Origin: Phoronis australis
Lineage: Eukaryota > Animalia > Phoronida
NCBI GenBank assembly: GCA_002633005.1
Contig: NMRA01000001.1
Coordinates: forward strand, 2,086,933-2,150,932
Direction of reading: 5' to 3'
DNA length: 64,000 nt
In this document: piece after piece, positions 1 to 14,104 of the stretch
How positions within the stretch are numbered: position 1 is the stretch's first letter
How the letters are laid out: each line of letters begins with the position of its first letter
The notes under the pieces: generated by a model
Databases searched by the model: none
Seen by the model: only the letters and a program-made list of their open reading frames with translations
Told to the model about the DNA's origin: nothing
Program-made: the position numbers and the translations under genes

Positions 1-849
1 CTAGACTCAAAGCCCGTTGTTCTGACTGCTGTCGGCATCCTTACTAAAGAAAACAAAATTTAGTGTTGGCCAATGAGAAAGTTAGCTGCCTGTAAGGGTA
101 CTGATATAACTTGTACAATTAGTCCGATAAGTCCGGGACATTTCGGACCACATGACGGAATCTCACGCACGGACGACGCTTTTTGTTGTAAGCCCCTACG
201 GCTTGTGTAATTCTTTTAAGTATAGATTTTGTATTTACAATGCTCATGTTTCGTGAATTGTAATTCGTGTTTCATTGTCAGTCGAGTTTCATGTTATCGT
301 TTTAGTCACAAGGAAATAACCTTAGGGAAGGTCTGATCAAATACACACGACTGTTGACATAGGATAAGGTTATCTGACTATAGGCTGACGTTTCAATCAG
401 AATGATTTACGTTGTTGTTTTATTCGCTTGTTATAGTCAAAGTGCAATTTATTGTCTCTACGCTTCCCGATAATTTACGTTTTGATTTCACTGATTCAGT
501 AACTGAACAAATTCATTTGTCCTGGTATTATGGTATGGATGGATCTAAGTTTTAGTTTGCATGTTCGCGATTTACAAAAATTGTTGTTATTGGCCGCCTG
601 ACATAAACATAGCTTAGACCTACAATGTTCACATGCCGTTTTATCAGAAGGCATATCGGAGTTTGATCTACCGTCTGAAAACCGCACATGTGAACGCTCG
701 CCCGACGTTAGACCTGTCTTCTTATCATACGACCCCACGTGAGACCCCAAATAAGACTCAGCCCTCTTACCAAAGATTTTATAGTTACTCTTTGCTCTTA
801 CCTAGGACCAATATTATTCCCAGGCTCTTACTAAAGGATACCGGCCAAA

Positions 850-1220
850 CTCGACATTGGCCTGTTAACATATCTTAACAACTTTCTCATCCAGTGCTCA
901 GAAACAAAATAATGCTCCGTTGTAGCCCTTGACAAGCCCCAAAAGCTGGGAGGTTTGGAGCACAGTTTGAAACTCCTTGCAACCTCTGCTAAACGTGACC
1001 TACGCTTTGAGTGATTTGCAACACCCAACCCTCCCCCCCAGAACAATAAAATCCAATCTGTCAAAGAGAGTACGAGTTTTCAGTTGATTCCTGCTTTTAT
1101 CTCTCAAGTGGGACGCCAATGATGCATTATAGCAGCTGGTGGCCGAAGGAAAATTGGTGGAAATCACCAAAACAGAGTTTAGTGTCCCTTTAACGGCCGT
1201 GAGAAGACTGTCTTTCAATG
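850..1220 (-). mobile_element. Decayed hAT-like transposase C-terminal remnant
   Basis: LNSVLVISTN...KSRNQLKTRTL...LDFIVLGG loosely resembles the hAT dimerisation motif VLVIP(S)TAECERGFS...RNRL...LMFI; interrupted by stop and frameshift. Confidence 0.35.
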
Positions 1221-2949
1221 CTGTGGTTTATGATGAGGCTTCTGTTCGCCCATGTTAAAATACGTGATCGGCCATAATATCGGCATATTGCAGATTAATT
1301 TTATGCCGGTCACTTCGCTGTTTCTGGGTTTGTTATTATTTCTTTGTATGTTCTGTGTATCCTTCAATAAATATATATCACAGTGAAAATATGACAACAC
1401 TCGTAAGCGTCAAGTCTGCTTTCTCATCAGAATATAGACACTCGGTAGTATGTGACCAGACGTCCTATCTGCCTTCTTAAAAAAACATATCTGAACGCGG
1501 TTATTGGTCTATTTTTCATTACTGCTTAGAGCACTGACCAGCCTTATCATCTCAAAGTAATAACCAGCGACCGATTGTTCGGGTCCATTTCATACATCAT
1601 ATCTTGTTTTATCATTATCAGTCTTTACTAATCCGTGTACAACTTGTGAACTATAGGCGAAGCCCTCAGCTTGAATGACACGTACTGATTTACACGATAA
1701 ATACTGTACGTCAAGCTCCACCCTTCCTGGGAAGAACGCGTTACTGGAGTCGATCAAATGACCGCAGATTAATGGTGCGGATACTGTACAAACAATAACA
1801 TAATAACGAGCTCCACCCAAATAACCGGGCACGCGTCGAACAGACGACACGCTATTTGAGATGAATACTGTATAAGTGAGCGGCCTTATCGGGGGTATTA
1901 TGTATTGAATTCTATGTTTTCTAAAAACGTTTACACTTGTCATTTCGTGTTGAAACTTGAGTGTTCTGTTGTTTTCTATAAAGAACTTGAAACATGATTT
2001 TCAAGCGCGCACTTAAGCAGGGTTTATCGGCCTACTCTTGTGGGTAGATGTTTACTTTTATATAACATAATTCGTGCCGTAAAGTCCTGTTTGGACTTGT
2101 GGTTTTATAACCATTTTCTCGGAATTACATTTAAACTGTGACTATCCAAGGTATAATGTCATACCAGCCCATTCGTTATATTTCATGTGTTTTTTGGCTA
2201 TCGTCCATGACCACTGCTGTTTCTGATTGAAAACATTCCATGAAACTTGAATTAATGTAATAAACTGACAAATCGACGCGTGTAGTGCACACTTCAAAAT
2301 GGCGAACGTGGATTTTTAGTCGAGACAATGTGTTTCACTTGCTCGAGTGAATTAGATTCGGGGAAAATTTTTTGAAAGTCTCCAAGCTTAGCAAAACAAA
2401 AAAATCGGAAAGCGCAACAACCCATGGAAAGACACGGGGAACACGGAATTAAGTCGCATCGAGTCCCCTTAAGAACTACGATAAAAATTGGCAACTACAA
2501 TGTATGCAAGAGATTCGGTTTGTTGACCAGTTTTTCAATGGGGTCTGTTTGATAATAGGCGCGGCAGTCATGATGCGGGACAAACTGAAGACGTATATAA
2601 ACACAGTTGATTTCGCCCGGTTGAGCTGGCTAAAAACAAAAATCAAAACAGGCTTTTTACCCTCATGAAACCAATCTCAAGATATTCCTTACCATGATAG
2701 GATTTTATGTCCATTCTAACTCAAGTTACCGGTAATATGCAAGTTTAGAGTTGGCCTATCCCATCTCTGAAGCGTTTCGTATAGTCGCTGGTTGTTTTGA
2801 TGATAATTATTGTAGGCTAGGTAAGGGTAATAAAATTCTGACCTATTTTACGAGAGTAAATCCTGGGAGTATGTGGTCCCAGAGTAAACCAAAGTTTAGG
2901 ATGAGAAACGTTTATTGTATATAGGCATTAGCCTCATGATACAGTTTAC

Positions 2950-3530
2950 CTTGCAACTTTCCAGTGATATAAATTCACTGATGTTCTTGACAACAGAGGG
3001 AGCCAGACTTTTTAGTCCACCAGAATCATCAGACTTTTGAATAATGTAAATACTCTTCCATCATCTGTTATAGCCGTCAGCAAATCTTGGCGCACATCAC
3101 GAAAAGACAGAACAGAGACACATAAAATAAAGCTCGTTTTCAATTTGACCAGAATTGCATGTTAGGCCACAAATTATCGCATTCTCGAGTAGACCTGCTT
3201 TCCGCCCTGTTTCGATAGAATGCTTGTGCATTGAACACCTAAAACGACCAAGCAGATTGCTGTCAGGAGACAGTAACACCTTGTTATTTATAATGTGGTT
3301 TGATCTCAATTAATTTGTCGCCAATTTCATTACCACTTTTCGTGTGAACGGGCGGTACCACCACACTTGTAAGCATTTATCATTATTTTTTCTAGATTCA
3401 CTGTAAGATGCCAGTTTTCACGAAATTCTCCAACCACGTCAAGTTTTCGTTGCAACTCAGTGTCTTCAATCAACACCAGATCGTGATATACGGTTAATCT
3501 CACAATCAGTATTAACATAGATTCCTCTTC
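2950..3530 (-). mobile_element. Degenerate non-LTR retrotransposon (LINE) ORF2 fragments
   Basis: DLVLIEDTELQRKLD...WHLTVNLEK (post-YADD RT region) and HKHSIETGR...C...CNSGQIENELYFMCLC (C-terminal Cys/His motif). Confidence 0.6.
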
Positions 3531-4699
3531 CATCTCGCGGTCTCTTAGATCAGAGACTAAATCACTCAGAAAATAGGATAAAAGGCTAGCTATTAAACAG
3601 AGCGAAATGCAGTATTAACTCTGGACACTGTTGATTTCTAGGTTTGGAATCCACTGGAATTGAAACTAAATGGAAGATATGTGTGAGGCACAGGGAAATA
3701 TACGACAGATAATAAAGATAATAAATAAATCTCTGTGCGACTCGGGAAGGGAACAAATTGGTGGCGACCGGGGGGTAGAGGGAACTTGATGGGCACCTTG
3801 AGGGAAAAGAAAGCCTTCCTACGCCCATGTCGAGCAAATTATAGCATGATCTGTAGACAAGTACACTTATGTGCTACAGGGACTAAGTTCAAAGAAGAAA
3901 TACATATTAAAACTATGCAAATCATAGTCAACAATCACATACCAGTGAATAATCATTTATCAGGGTATGCATAGACAGTTATAGATAAGTGGCCGACTCA
4001 GTTCTCCCGGACGGTTGAACGAAAGTCGGAGCAAAGTCGGACATGGTTTCTTTCAATCTTCAACTCGTATACGATTTTCTAACTCAAAAATGTTGCCGGA
4101 AGACCTTTTACACACTCGATTTTTTAACAGTTACCGATTTATTAAGACACACACAAAAATATAATACTATAAAATTTAGCCCGGAAATCGCAGTCAGCAC
4201 AATATCCGGGCTTTAGACAATGAACACACAATAATACATAGGAATTTTAAACTACTACCATAATACACAAGAATAAGAGAAAAGTGAAAAGTGAGACTGA
4301 CTTATAACACATCAATACAACGACAGACTATTATAAACAAATGATGCGACAGATTGAACCAGCGTAAGATTATTTTCTACATTGAATTTACTTGAACCAT
4401 TAATGAGGATATTGGCTTTGTCTAGCTAACTACGGGATACGTTAAGTGTAGAGAACACAGAGCTACTTTCGAAATTGTTGTTGAAAATTATTTGGACAGT
4501 CCAACAGAAAGTGAATTTTAGTCTAAACTTGCCCACAACTGCACAACGGATAGACGCCTCTGAAGTTGTGTCGAAATTTATCAGAGTTAAGTAAAAAAAA
4601 CGCAATCTATTGAGAGATATCTCGTGAACTTTATAGGAAAAGTCAACTTGGTAAGAGGGAAAGGTAGATTGGTATGACAGAAGTGATTTTTAAAGCTTG

Positions 4700-5880
4700 T
4701 TTCGATCATTAAGGATGAACGGTGAACGACTGTCTCTTAAATTTGAAGGCATTGTATTCCAGTTTTCTATACACACTGGAATTGTTGATCTGCCAGTTGC
4801 CCTGGAATATGACAGGGGGATTTTGAAAATAAGAGTATTCCTCAGGCCAGACTTTCGGCGTTCTCTTTAAGATTTGTTAAATATAAGCTCATTAGACGCA
4901 TCGTTTATGTTATTGAGAACTTTAAATGTGTACATGGTTGTGTGTAGTTTCCTTTTTTCTGTGAATGTAGACCAATTCAGGCCATTGATCACTTTATTTT
5001 TTTCTGAACCTTTAAATGATCCTGTGATTGAAAGTGCAGCTTGATACAGCAAACGATCTAACTGGAGTAGAAAACCAGCACTAGCGGAATGATTGATAAT
5101 GTCTCCGTAATCAAAGTGGGTTAGGACAAATACATTAAAAAAAAATTCTAGGTGTATTGAGCTATAGGTGTCTTGATACAAGTTTGGTTGGATTCAGCAA
5201 CTTTTAAATCTTAACAACTAGATCACAACAGTGAGCATTCAAAGATAGATTATTATCAAGAATTATACCTAAGTGTTTATGGGTATATTTTTTGGTTATT
5301 CTCACACCACTAAGCTGTAAATCAATTAGCGGATCTGCATGCAGAAGTGAGTTTCTGGATGGTGAGAAAATTATGTTCAGACTTTTTTCTGCTTTGGAAT
5401 TAATTCGCCATTTGGCAGCCCACGAAGAAGGTCTGTGTAAGATCATCGTGTACTTTCATAGATAGTTGTGGATTGTCCTTAGGTAAAGAAAGAAATAAAA
5501 ATGTGTCATCGGCGTACAGATAAGTTTTACAAGAGATATTGTCAGGAAGGTCATTAATGTATTGAAGGAAAAGTAATAGATCAAGAACACTGCCTTGGGG
5601 CACAACCGAATTCACATAACTCGCGGAGATGACGACTTTGAATACACGCCATCAATTCGCACTTTGCTGATGCGATTGTGTAGATAAGATTCCAATAAAC
5701 TTAATAGAGTGTAACTAGATATTCTAAACTATCTTAACTTGTAAATGAGTAGGACTTGTTCATGTGGGACCATATCGAAGGCAGAGACTAGGCCTAAGTC
5801 AAGAAACAGGCCTGACATTAGTGTTATTTTCAAACTGTAAATGAGTGTCATGGGTAATTTCAATGAGTTGGGAAATTGTG
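4700..5880 (-). mobile_element. Decayed LINE reverse transcriptase (CR1/L2-type), frameshifted
   Basis: VPQGSVL.LLFLQYINDLP...LYADDT, then HKHLGIILDNNL and FDYGDII...LDRL.YQAALSITG in three frames. Confidence 0.85.
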
Positions 5881-7199
5881 CTCACTCCCATTGATTTGTA
5901 TGCGACAGCCCATTGAAAAGTCAAATTACGTACTACAGACCAACAATTGGAGTGAGTGAAGACGCAGTCGGTATTTGTAGTCTCGGGAGGTGTCTCGCCA
6001 TCTAGCGTTTAGGCAGGTGACCAGTGAAGTGTAGACAGGGAGATGATATTGTGTTGACGGACCCACAGTTCAGTGGGTATTTGTAATGTTTAACACCAGA
6101 TTAAAAATTTCGAACAGTTTATCGACGCACGACATATTCAGAAATATAGAAAACTGGACATGTTGCAGACATTGCAGGCCACGATTATAGGTTTTATGGT
6201 TCATTGTAAACCACAATCGTTACATTCAACGTAGCTCAAGCAAATCTAGATGATACTTCTCGCGACTCTGAATCCTAATAACAAATTTCATATTTTATGA
6301 GCACACGCTGTATTATGAAAGCTCAACCTAACACTAAAGAATAGTAGCCCTAAGGGTTAATAAAACTGGGATGTACCAGTATGTACTTTGTTTGTCAACA
6401 ATGAAAAATGTTAAATTACGTACTTACTAAATCGTAACAAGGCACTGAAAAGTCACTGCCTAGTAATTCAACTCTTTCATGACTAGTTATAGAAACTTCA
6501 ACTTGTTCATGGGCGTTTGTCGACTATTGTAAAGGATTAAAAGTACGGAGGTACCCTCTGTGTAGTGTCGCCCATTTGGAAAATTATACACCATACACAA
6601 CAACAATAAATGAATGAATGAAAATAGCTTCAGTCACACTCTTATGTAGACACGTAGCCTGTCTGCAAATTAAGAAATTTAAACACATAGCAGTGAATTG
6701 TAAATTCATTTTAAAAATTTAACAAAATGTGACCAACATAAATCTAACCAACAAAAACAAAGTTCGTTTTCTATTGACTTCCTCGAAGTAGATCGAATAC
6801 TGTAAATGTTACGGCCTCGGTTGAAGTACTAAAACAAATAATCTGGACACGTCACACCTACTCGTTTTCAAATCGCCTGAGCTTGTCTCATCGTGACGAA
6901 ACGGACCAGGGACGGAGAGAAAGGGCAAAACATGCCTGACTGCGACGGGGTGGCTCTTAGACAGTATAATGTCTAGTCGGTTCCCACTACATTTTCTACT
7001 GACCGTTCAGTTTTCAAGGCCACTCGGTTACGAGAACTACCTTGATGCGACAGGATCATATTATTGATATTGCAACAACTGGGATAACATCACCAATCTA
7101 CGTGACGTCACGTTGCCGTTCTTAACGCCGGCCAACAACCCAACTTCCCTCTAATAAAAGTTCAATCTTCAGTTTAGAGGTCCAGGTCAATGACTTATT

Positions 7200-7238
7200 C
7201 ACCAAACAAAACACACACTATACAATAAATGATTTATT
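7200..7238 (-). terminator. Likely distal polyadenylation signal of usherin (3'UTR about 1.85 kb)
   Basis: AATAAA at 7233-7238 on the minus strand, followed by GU/U-rich TAGTGTGTGTTTTGTTTGGT; further minus-strand AATAAA near 8195 and 9005. Confidence 0.5.
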
Positions 7239-8724
7239 TTCATGGACGGAACATACAAAACCTTATAAATAGTCGTGTGTACACAATAAATGGCAATTAC
7301 AAGAACAATTATAATTTTAAGGATTAAACAAATTTAATTTAACCCATCCTGACTAATTGGAATGTTTGAAATTAAGAAACTGCTACAGTAAAATGTTATG
7401 ATCATTTGTCAAAAAAGTTAGAGGTTTGATATGTTCACTTGAATCAGTAAAATTATTCCTATGGGGAATGATAGAGTATAAATATGTCTAAAATGCACAA
7501 AAATCCAGTGCTAAACTGCTAATAAGAAGAGTAATAGATGAAAAAGACTACGAAGATAACTATACCGAAAAAAGAATGACAGCTAAAAATGAAGACTTCA
7601 GAGAAAGAAAAAGACAATATGCAACATAATACTGTAAGTGAATAGAACTCAAGAGCCTTTATGTACAGAATGTTTAACTAGTAAGTAGAAATAGAATTGT
7701 GCAAATAAATTACAAATAAAGCTAATTATGTGTAGTATTATGGAATTAAAAAGAATGTCAACAGGATGAAATAGAGTTATTAAGTACATTAAAACAAAAT
7801 TTATGTTCAAAAAGCACAGGTCTGTATGGAAGGATATTGGTGCAAAACAGCACACTGTTCAATATGGAATAGTATACATACACGATACAAAAATCTAAAA
7901 TTCGCAAATTCAAGTCAAAAATGGCACACTCAACTCTTTACATATCAGTAGCTAAGTTCACAAACAAATTTCGAAACTAAGAGATTGACAAAATCTTTCA
8001 TTAAGCTGAACTACATACCATAAATTCCAGTACTAAACAACTCAATGATTTTCAGGATAGGATCGTGACCAATTTAATGTACATACGGTACGGTTTGAGA
8101 TTCCGACATCCACTCCGTCTCAAGTCTGCATTTAATTCCATAAGCAATACCTAATAAATTTACTGAAAAATCAAAAAAAAAACCTACAAAAACGTTTATT
8201 TACATGTATGTACTAGATGAAAAACTAGCAACTGAGATGTGGTAAAAAGTCTTCACTTCAGGGCACAATATGTCAAACAAGTTGAATTTCATCTTATCAA
8301 ACTTCTTCAATAACATTTTACTTCATCATTATTGAGTATACACGGATGGTATTGCCAAATGAAAGCTTAAACATACAGGTGACCACTTCCACAAGATAAC
8401 AGTGGTTTAAAAATGTGAAAAATGAACAAAATACACGGGTGACCACACAACGAATCATTGTGAGAGATATGGCTGGCCAATTTAACCAATGACTCACAGT
8501 AACGCAAAAAACTTACACTGCTCAACAGAGGACTATTAACAAAAAATATTTCACTGATAATTTGATATGAAAATATTACAAAGTGGTAGGAGTATTTTTT
8601 CATGACCTTGTCTTTCATTTTCAACCCAGCATCCATGCCTCACTTTATGGTTACAACACACTCAAAGGAAAAATACTGTTTTGCTGTCATGACAACCAGT
8701 TTACCACAAAAATGACTGACAATG

Positions 8725-8828
8725 GCTTGTCACTGCACCAAAATCCAAATTACACAAATGACTTTATACCTTGCTAGCTTGTCACTGCACCAAAATCCAA
8801 ATTACACAAATGATTTTATACCTTGCTA
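8725..8828. repeat. 52-bp tandem duplication in the usherin 3'UTR
   Basis: gcttgtcactgcaccaaaatccaaattacacaaatga(c/t)tttataccttgcta, two copies. Confidence 0.9.
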
Positions 8829-9067
8829 AATTTCCTGGTACAGACAGAATATTACGATGATGAATTCCGCATCCGCCCAGTTGTCATCACGAGAAATCCT
8901 GGGTCATTCTATTCAAATAATTTTGGCATGCCTCCCATAATAACACCCAAAACCTAGACAATTAACACAATTATGTACACTGTCACATGATCATTATCTA
9001 AAAGTTTATTTCGGAGCTTATTTCCAAAAAATGGCCTGAGCGATCACCACCACTCTAACATGCACCA

Positions 9068-9163
9068 TTACAAATGAGTGTCTGTGAACATCGTCTGCTC
9101 CTTTAGTACGCTATATGGACGACCACTTCTACCACTCTTCTGAGATATGTTGTCATCTTCATA
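9068..9163 (-). CDS. USH2A: Usherin final coding exon w59 with PDZ-binding motif
   Basis: YEDDNISQKSGRSGRPYSVLKEQTMFTDTHL*. Confidence 0.93.
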   Translation of the reverse strand, partial: YEDDNISQKSGRSGRPYSVLKEQTMFTDTHL

Positions 9164-9419
9164 CTGCAAATATATGGCATGTTAAATTAATTCCAGTTTT
9201 AGAATAGCTAGAAAAGCAAAAAAAAACAGTCAATTTAATTTATTACAAGCAGTTTCTATAAACCTGCCTTCCATCACAAAAAACAGCTTTTGATAAAGAC
9301 CACTTATGGTTAAGAAATTGGTCTCAAATTGCTCCTTTGTTAAATTTTAGATGATTTCAGGGCTTTGGAAGTACAGTTTGATCAAGCTATTCATTATCAA
9401 TGAGAGAAGGAGCTTTCTG

Positions 9420-9472
9420 AGATCAGTCCCAGCACGGAATCGAACTCACAACCTCAGCAGTTACAGAACAAT
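9420..9472 (-). mobile_element. Possible tRNA-derived SINE head remnant
   Basis: Minus strand gaggttgtgagttcgattccgtg resembles a Pol III B-box/T-arm; no complete cloverleaf. Confidence 0.3.
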
Positions 9473-9754
9473 TCTTTGCTTGTAGAGAAGATAAATGGCA
9501 GAGTGTATTTTAAATGTATTTAGTTGGTAAAGTCACCCTCCTTCAGTTCAGAGAATGTCTGGCAGACAACGAAAAAAATTGGCGATTTCTAATAAAATCC
9601 CAAAAACACAACAAATTTTACTAGTCAAAGTTAATAGTTTCAAAAAGTCTATCCCGTCCGCTGACAATTCTAAAAATGCATTTTTTCGCACTTAAACCAG
9701 TTATGCCCCTTTAAACATTGTCGTTGTTACTCTGTAAACTGCCATTCTACTCAC

Positions 9755-9967
9755 CTGCTCCTCTTCTGGCATGAAGCTATCCCATGCAACATCATCCTCC
9801 TCTTCTAAATATTTTGACGATTTTGACATTTTCTCTGACAGATCAATCACGCTACTGGCCCTACTACGAGGCAGACTCCTTGGCAGGGAACTATGGGAGT
9901 AGGCGGGGTTGACGAATCCTGTCTGAATCTGATGCAGGCTAGCATGACTGGGGGCTCGAGCAATGTC
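9755..9967 (-). CDS. USH2A: Usherin exon w58 (cytoplasmic tail)
   Basis: tag|GAC..., DIARAPSHASLHQIQTGFVNPAYSHSSLPRS...WDSFMPEEEQ|gtgag; phase 0-0. Confidence 0.85.
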
Positions 9968-10466
9968 CTAGATGGAAAACGTACCGAAAAAATACAGTTA
10001 AAGATTAAAATGAGGTGTTGAGCATAAAAATGATGTTGCTCAAAACAACCATTGGTTAATTGTTGAGACCGTTTAATCAAACATGTAAAGAAAACAGCAC
10101 AAAATTTCGACAATAATGCGGTGATGTTTGTTTTTGACAATACATCCATCTGGCACTACGGTATTAAAGTCAAAAATATGAAAGACTGGAAAAAGATGCT
10201 GAAGACGCTTTTGCTCAATTCAGATACTAAGTGGTGTCAGTTAATCAATATCAAGTTCCCAAATGGACAATGAATTGTAATGCAGCATGGTCAGTTAAAA
10301 CAACTGCAGTCGTATGGATTATCAACATTTACGTTTACCGTTAGTTATAACACCACAATCGTATGGATACTAAAAGATAGCTTATTCATAGCATTGAGAT
10401 TATATGGCAAACATAAAAGTTATGGTAATTACAATACTGCAATCCTATGCCATACCAAAGACTTAC

Positions 10467-10714
10467 GGTAGTTATAATACTGCCATCGTATGGATCAACA
10501 CAATATAATGGTGACTCATCCTTCCTCGGTCGAGCCGGTAGTGGCAAGCGCTCACGTATGTACGGAGCCTTGGTGCCACTACTGTGTAAACAGAGGGCGA
10601 TGCCCGCAAACAACAAAAGTAGAGCAGCTACAGTAACCACGGCAATGAACCAGACTTCCTGATAGATGGGTAATACTTGGGCTGAGCTGGTACCTGATTT
10701 TGGAGTGGTGGGAA
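10467..10714 (-). CDS. USH2A: Usherin exon w57 (transmembrane helix)
   Basis: IYQEVWFIAVVTVAALLLLFAGIALCL...PYIRERLPLP. Confidence 0.92.
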
Positions 10715-11383
10715 CTAGGAATCAAGAAAATGAAACATTTTTAATCCACATGAAACACGACAATTTTCAAAATCCACACGTTATCAATCTAGCCATGAAA
10801 TTAAAAGTGGTTAGGAACACAACTATGACAACAGTCACTACTGACAAAAGTGTCGTGCTTTTGACCAGTACTGCAGTGAAAACACTTTGTACGACACATA
10901 ACATATAAAAGAAATTTCAATAAATCAAAATGCAAAAAAAGTAGTTTAATAGTAAAGGATGCAACGGCCAACTCTTTAAAGCAACTGGAGCTAAAATCGT
11001 GACAGGAGACAGGTTTCCAACAGGCACAAACTTGCTTATTTGTCACAGTACAGTGAAATCTCACCAGTTTAGGAGACAATATAGCAGACAATTTTATTTT
11101 TTTCCAGACATTTCTTCATAAATAATTTTCACCAAACGAAAGTTTAATAATTACCAAATTCTATACCTTAACTACCATTAGACAATATTTTGAGGAATTG
11201 TGGATAATCAAAACAATGTTAGAAGACTTTTGAAAAATGAAAGAAGATCAAGTTTAGGAATTATTCCTGCCCGTAATTGGTGAAAACTTATTGTTTGCAT
11301 AGACAAAATTATTAAAACTGAGAACTACAGCAATAAATTAAAAAATGAAAACAAATAAATTCAAAATCGATTAATGTGCTCAC

Positions 11384-11470
11384 CATTGTCTGAACCAGTT
11401 GGATCAAACACCACATCCGGCGACCTGGCTGTGCCCTGGCCCGTTGTCACGGTGACATAGAAGGTGTACA
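11384..11470 (-). CDS. USH2A: Usherin exon w56
   Basis: YTFYVTVTTGQGTARSPDVVFDP. Confidence 0.85.
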
Positions 11471-11608
11471 CTACAAAGAAGAACACATAATCCTGTGAAG
11501 ATAGGCAAATTTAAGGTGTTCGTTTTGAAAAAAATATTTCAGTTTAATTTTTGGACAACTGATAGTAAATTCCAGATAACCATAATTGAAGGAATGTTCA
11601 ATTTATAC

Positions 11609-11788
11609 CTTGCTCTTTCGTAGCTCGTTCAATGCTCGATGCAGTGTCAAAACCATTGTAGACTTTATTGCCATTGGAGTACAGCCTGTATTCCTTAAGC
11701 TTGCCATTCAGTCTGAATGTCTGTGTCCATGTGACATCAACAAACGTACCATTCCTTTTCAAGGTCGGAGGTCGCAGGTACTGAGGAG
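11609..11788 (-). CDS. USH2A: Usherin exon w55 (last FN3-like domain)
   Basis: PQYLRPP...VTWTQTFRLNGKLKEYRLYSNGNKVYNGFDT. Confidence 0.88.
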
Positions 11789-12905
11789 CTAAGGGGGCAA
11801 GAGTAAGTCAATCTACAGTTTGTGGTTGCAGCAGTTGATGAAAAACGTGGACCAAAAATTGAAGGACAAGAAATGACAAAAGACATACTACAACACCAAT
11901 CACACTTTCACAAGTCCGAAAAATTCAACGTATAACGCAACTAATGAGAAACTCAAAATTTAAGAAATTTTATCAACCGCGCTGCTGTCTTTTTTCAAAT
12001 GCAATTTTATTTATTAGACAGTTGTCGGCTCTTGAACAATGCACTTAAAACTGATGATCAGCTCTGGTACCGAGTAAGACTAGTTTTGCCATAGACAAAA
12101 TCGACGATTTCACCTGGTGTCATGAATAAGAAGCTATATGTATACATTACTTCAGAAGGTTGGGCTAACAACAAATAATACAAAATAATATCAAAATACT
12201 AAATCAAGCTAAGCTGATCACATGCTTCTGTCAGCTTTTACAAGCATAAAGTTACAAAGATGCCTTATTTGAGTTTTGCTTTCCATTCATGTTATAGTAA
12301 GTTCTGCATGTAGACGCAAACGCCTTCAAATCATGAGAGACTTTTGTTCCATGAACAATAGAGGCTAACAGATTTTTGTTCTCATTTCACTCAGATGATG
12401 AAAAGAAGGTCCCTCAAATGAATAATAAGTTGTATACTTTATTTGAACAAAATAGTGGTCATTATCTACTTCTGTGTCCACATGCCCGTCTGCCTGAGGA
12501 AGAATGCATAAATACTTTAAACTTCCCTCACCTGAACATCACAGCTCCAAAATGGGTAGGTCAGGATTTAAAATAATTTATTTGTCCTCTTTTCCTCTTT
12601 TCGTGGTCAGACCTTCTAATTTTCACAACAAATATTTCACAAAAGTACTGAAAGGAAATAATTTTTTACCCACACTTAAATCACTTATTTTGTGTAGGAC
12701 GCCACACCATAGTAAACAATACTTAATCTTAATTGGTACCTCATCTGATCATGAGTACTACCGACAATAACAAAACAATAACAACAGATACAGCAAGAAA
12801 AGCAACAACAGTCACAGCACTAAATGTGATGGTGACTTCCTGTCTTAATAATTTAAAAATTACAATACAGTCATTGACTGAGTGACACCTCTTCACAAAC
12901 CATAC

Positions 12906-13132
12906 CGGCAGATGTTGTTGCCGCAGCTGTCCATCCAGGCTGATTGACTCCGCCCACATCATTATGCACGCTCAGCTGGAACTCATAGGCAGTGTACGGC
13001 AGCAGTTTCTGTACCACATATTGTGTGCCGAGACCATTATATGTCTTCGTTGATGAGCCCACTAAGCAAGGGGTCTGAGCCTTCACTGGCTGCTCAGTGG
13101 AGGGACAAGCTGTGCGCATCAAGACTTCATAC
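12906..13132 (-). CDS. USH2A: Usherin exon w54 (FN3)
   Basis: YNGLGTQYVVQKLLPYTAYEFQLSVHNDVG. Confidence 0.9.
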
Positions 13133-13859
13133 CTGCCATAACAAGTGTCAATACAACAAATTGAACTGCAAAGTATTATAAAAGTTGCCTGGGATAATGC
13201 CAACCATTGACTATTTATATACCTTCAACAGTTTTCAAAAGTTACACTTTTAAATCCTCGTTAGGCTACAGGCTAACCACTAATTCATGAATTTTGTTTT
13301 AATTGCCCACAGATGGATTAACGCCTATTTCCTGATTTTTTAGATTTTTATTTCAGACACCCTGGCTTCAAGTCTTCAAACTTATTATCTGATTCCAGTC
13401 TGACTATCAGCACTACTACGTAGTTTCTGACTGTCTCTTATGTTTCCACATTTATCTGCAGAGGAGATTCAACCAAAACCTTCTTCCACACAGGACTACA
13501 AAACATGTTAACACGCAGTATGACAATCTCACCAATTTTGGGCAAAAATTGCCAAAACTGGCCTCTTTTCATTATTGTAAGAGCCCACAATTTTTCAAAA
13601 CATTGTCTGGTGTTAGATACAGTACACGACTTAACAATGGAAAATCATAACTTGTGCTGCATATGTTTCATGGAAAATGAACAAATTTCACTTGTCGGCC
13701 ATCTTGTATCCTGATTGGCGAGATTTCACAGCACTTGTTTTGAAATGGCTTTGTTAAATCACACTACTCACTGCCTCAAATCCAATGAAAATTCACAATT
13801 TTCAACTTAGAACAACTGAATCTAGATGAAATCATGTGCCAAACAGCTCAGTGCCTCAC

Positions 13860-14104
13860 CTTCTCAGAATACCATTCGGGTATTGTGGAGGCGACCACCT
13901 CAACAACGCAGACGTGGCATTAACACTCGCTACGACGACAGGGGCCAGACCCACGGGAACGTCCTCTAGGGTCTTCACTAGGGTCTCAGGGCTGCGGGTA
14001 CAACCGCCTGCTGTGCATGCCTCTGCTTGAACGGCGTACCATGTGAATGCCTGCAGAGCAATGTTGTCACCAACAGTCTGCACCAGTGATTGGCTACTCT
14101 TGAC
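13860..14104 (-). CDS. USH2A: Usherin exon w53 (FN3)
   Basis: EACTAGGCTRSP...WSPPQYPNGILR. Confidence 0.9.

Noticed and set aside
9420-9472. Possible tRNA gene
   Set aside because: Only a B-box/T-arm-like piece; no acceptor or D stem.
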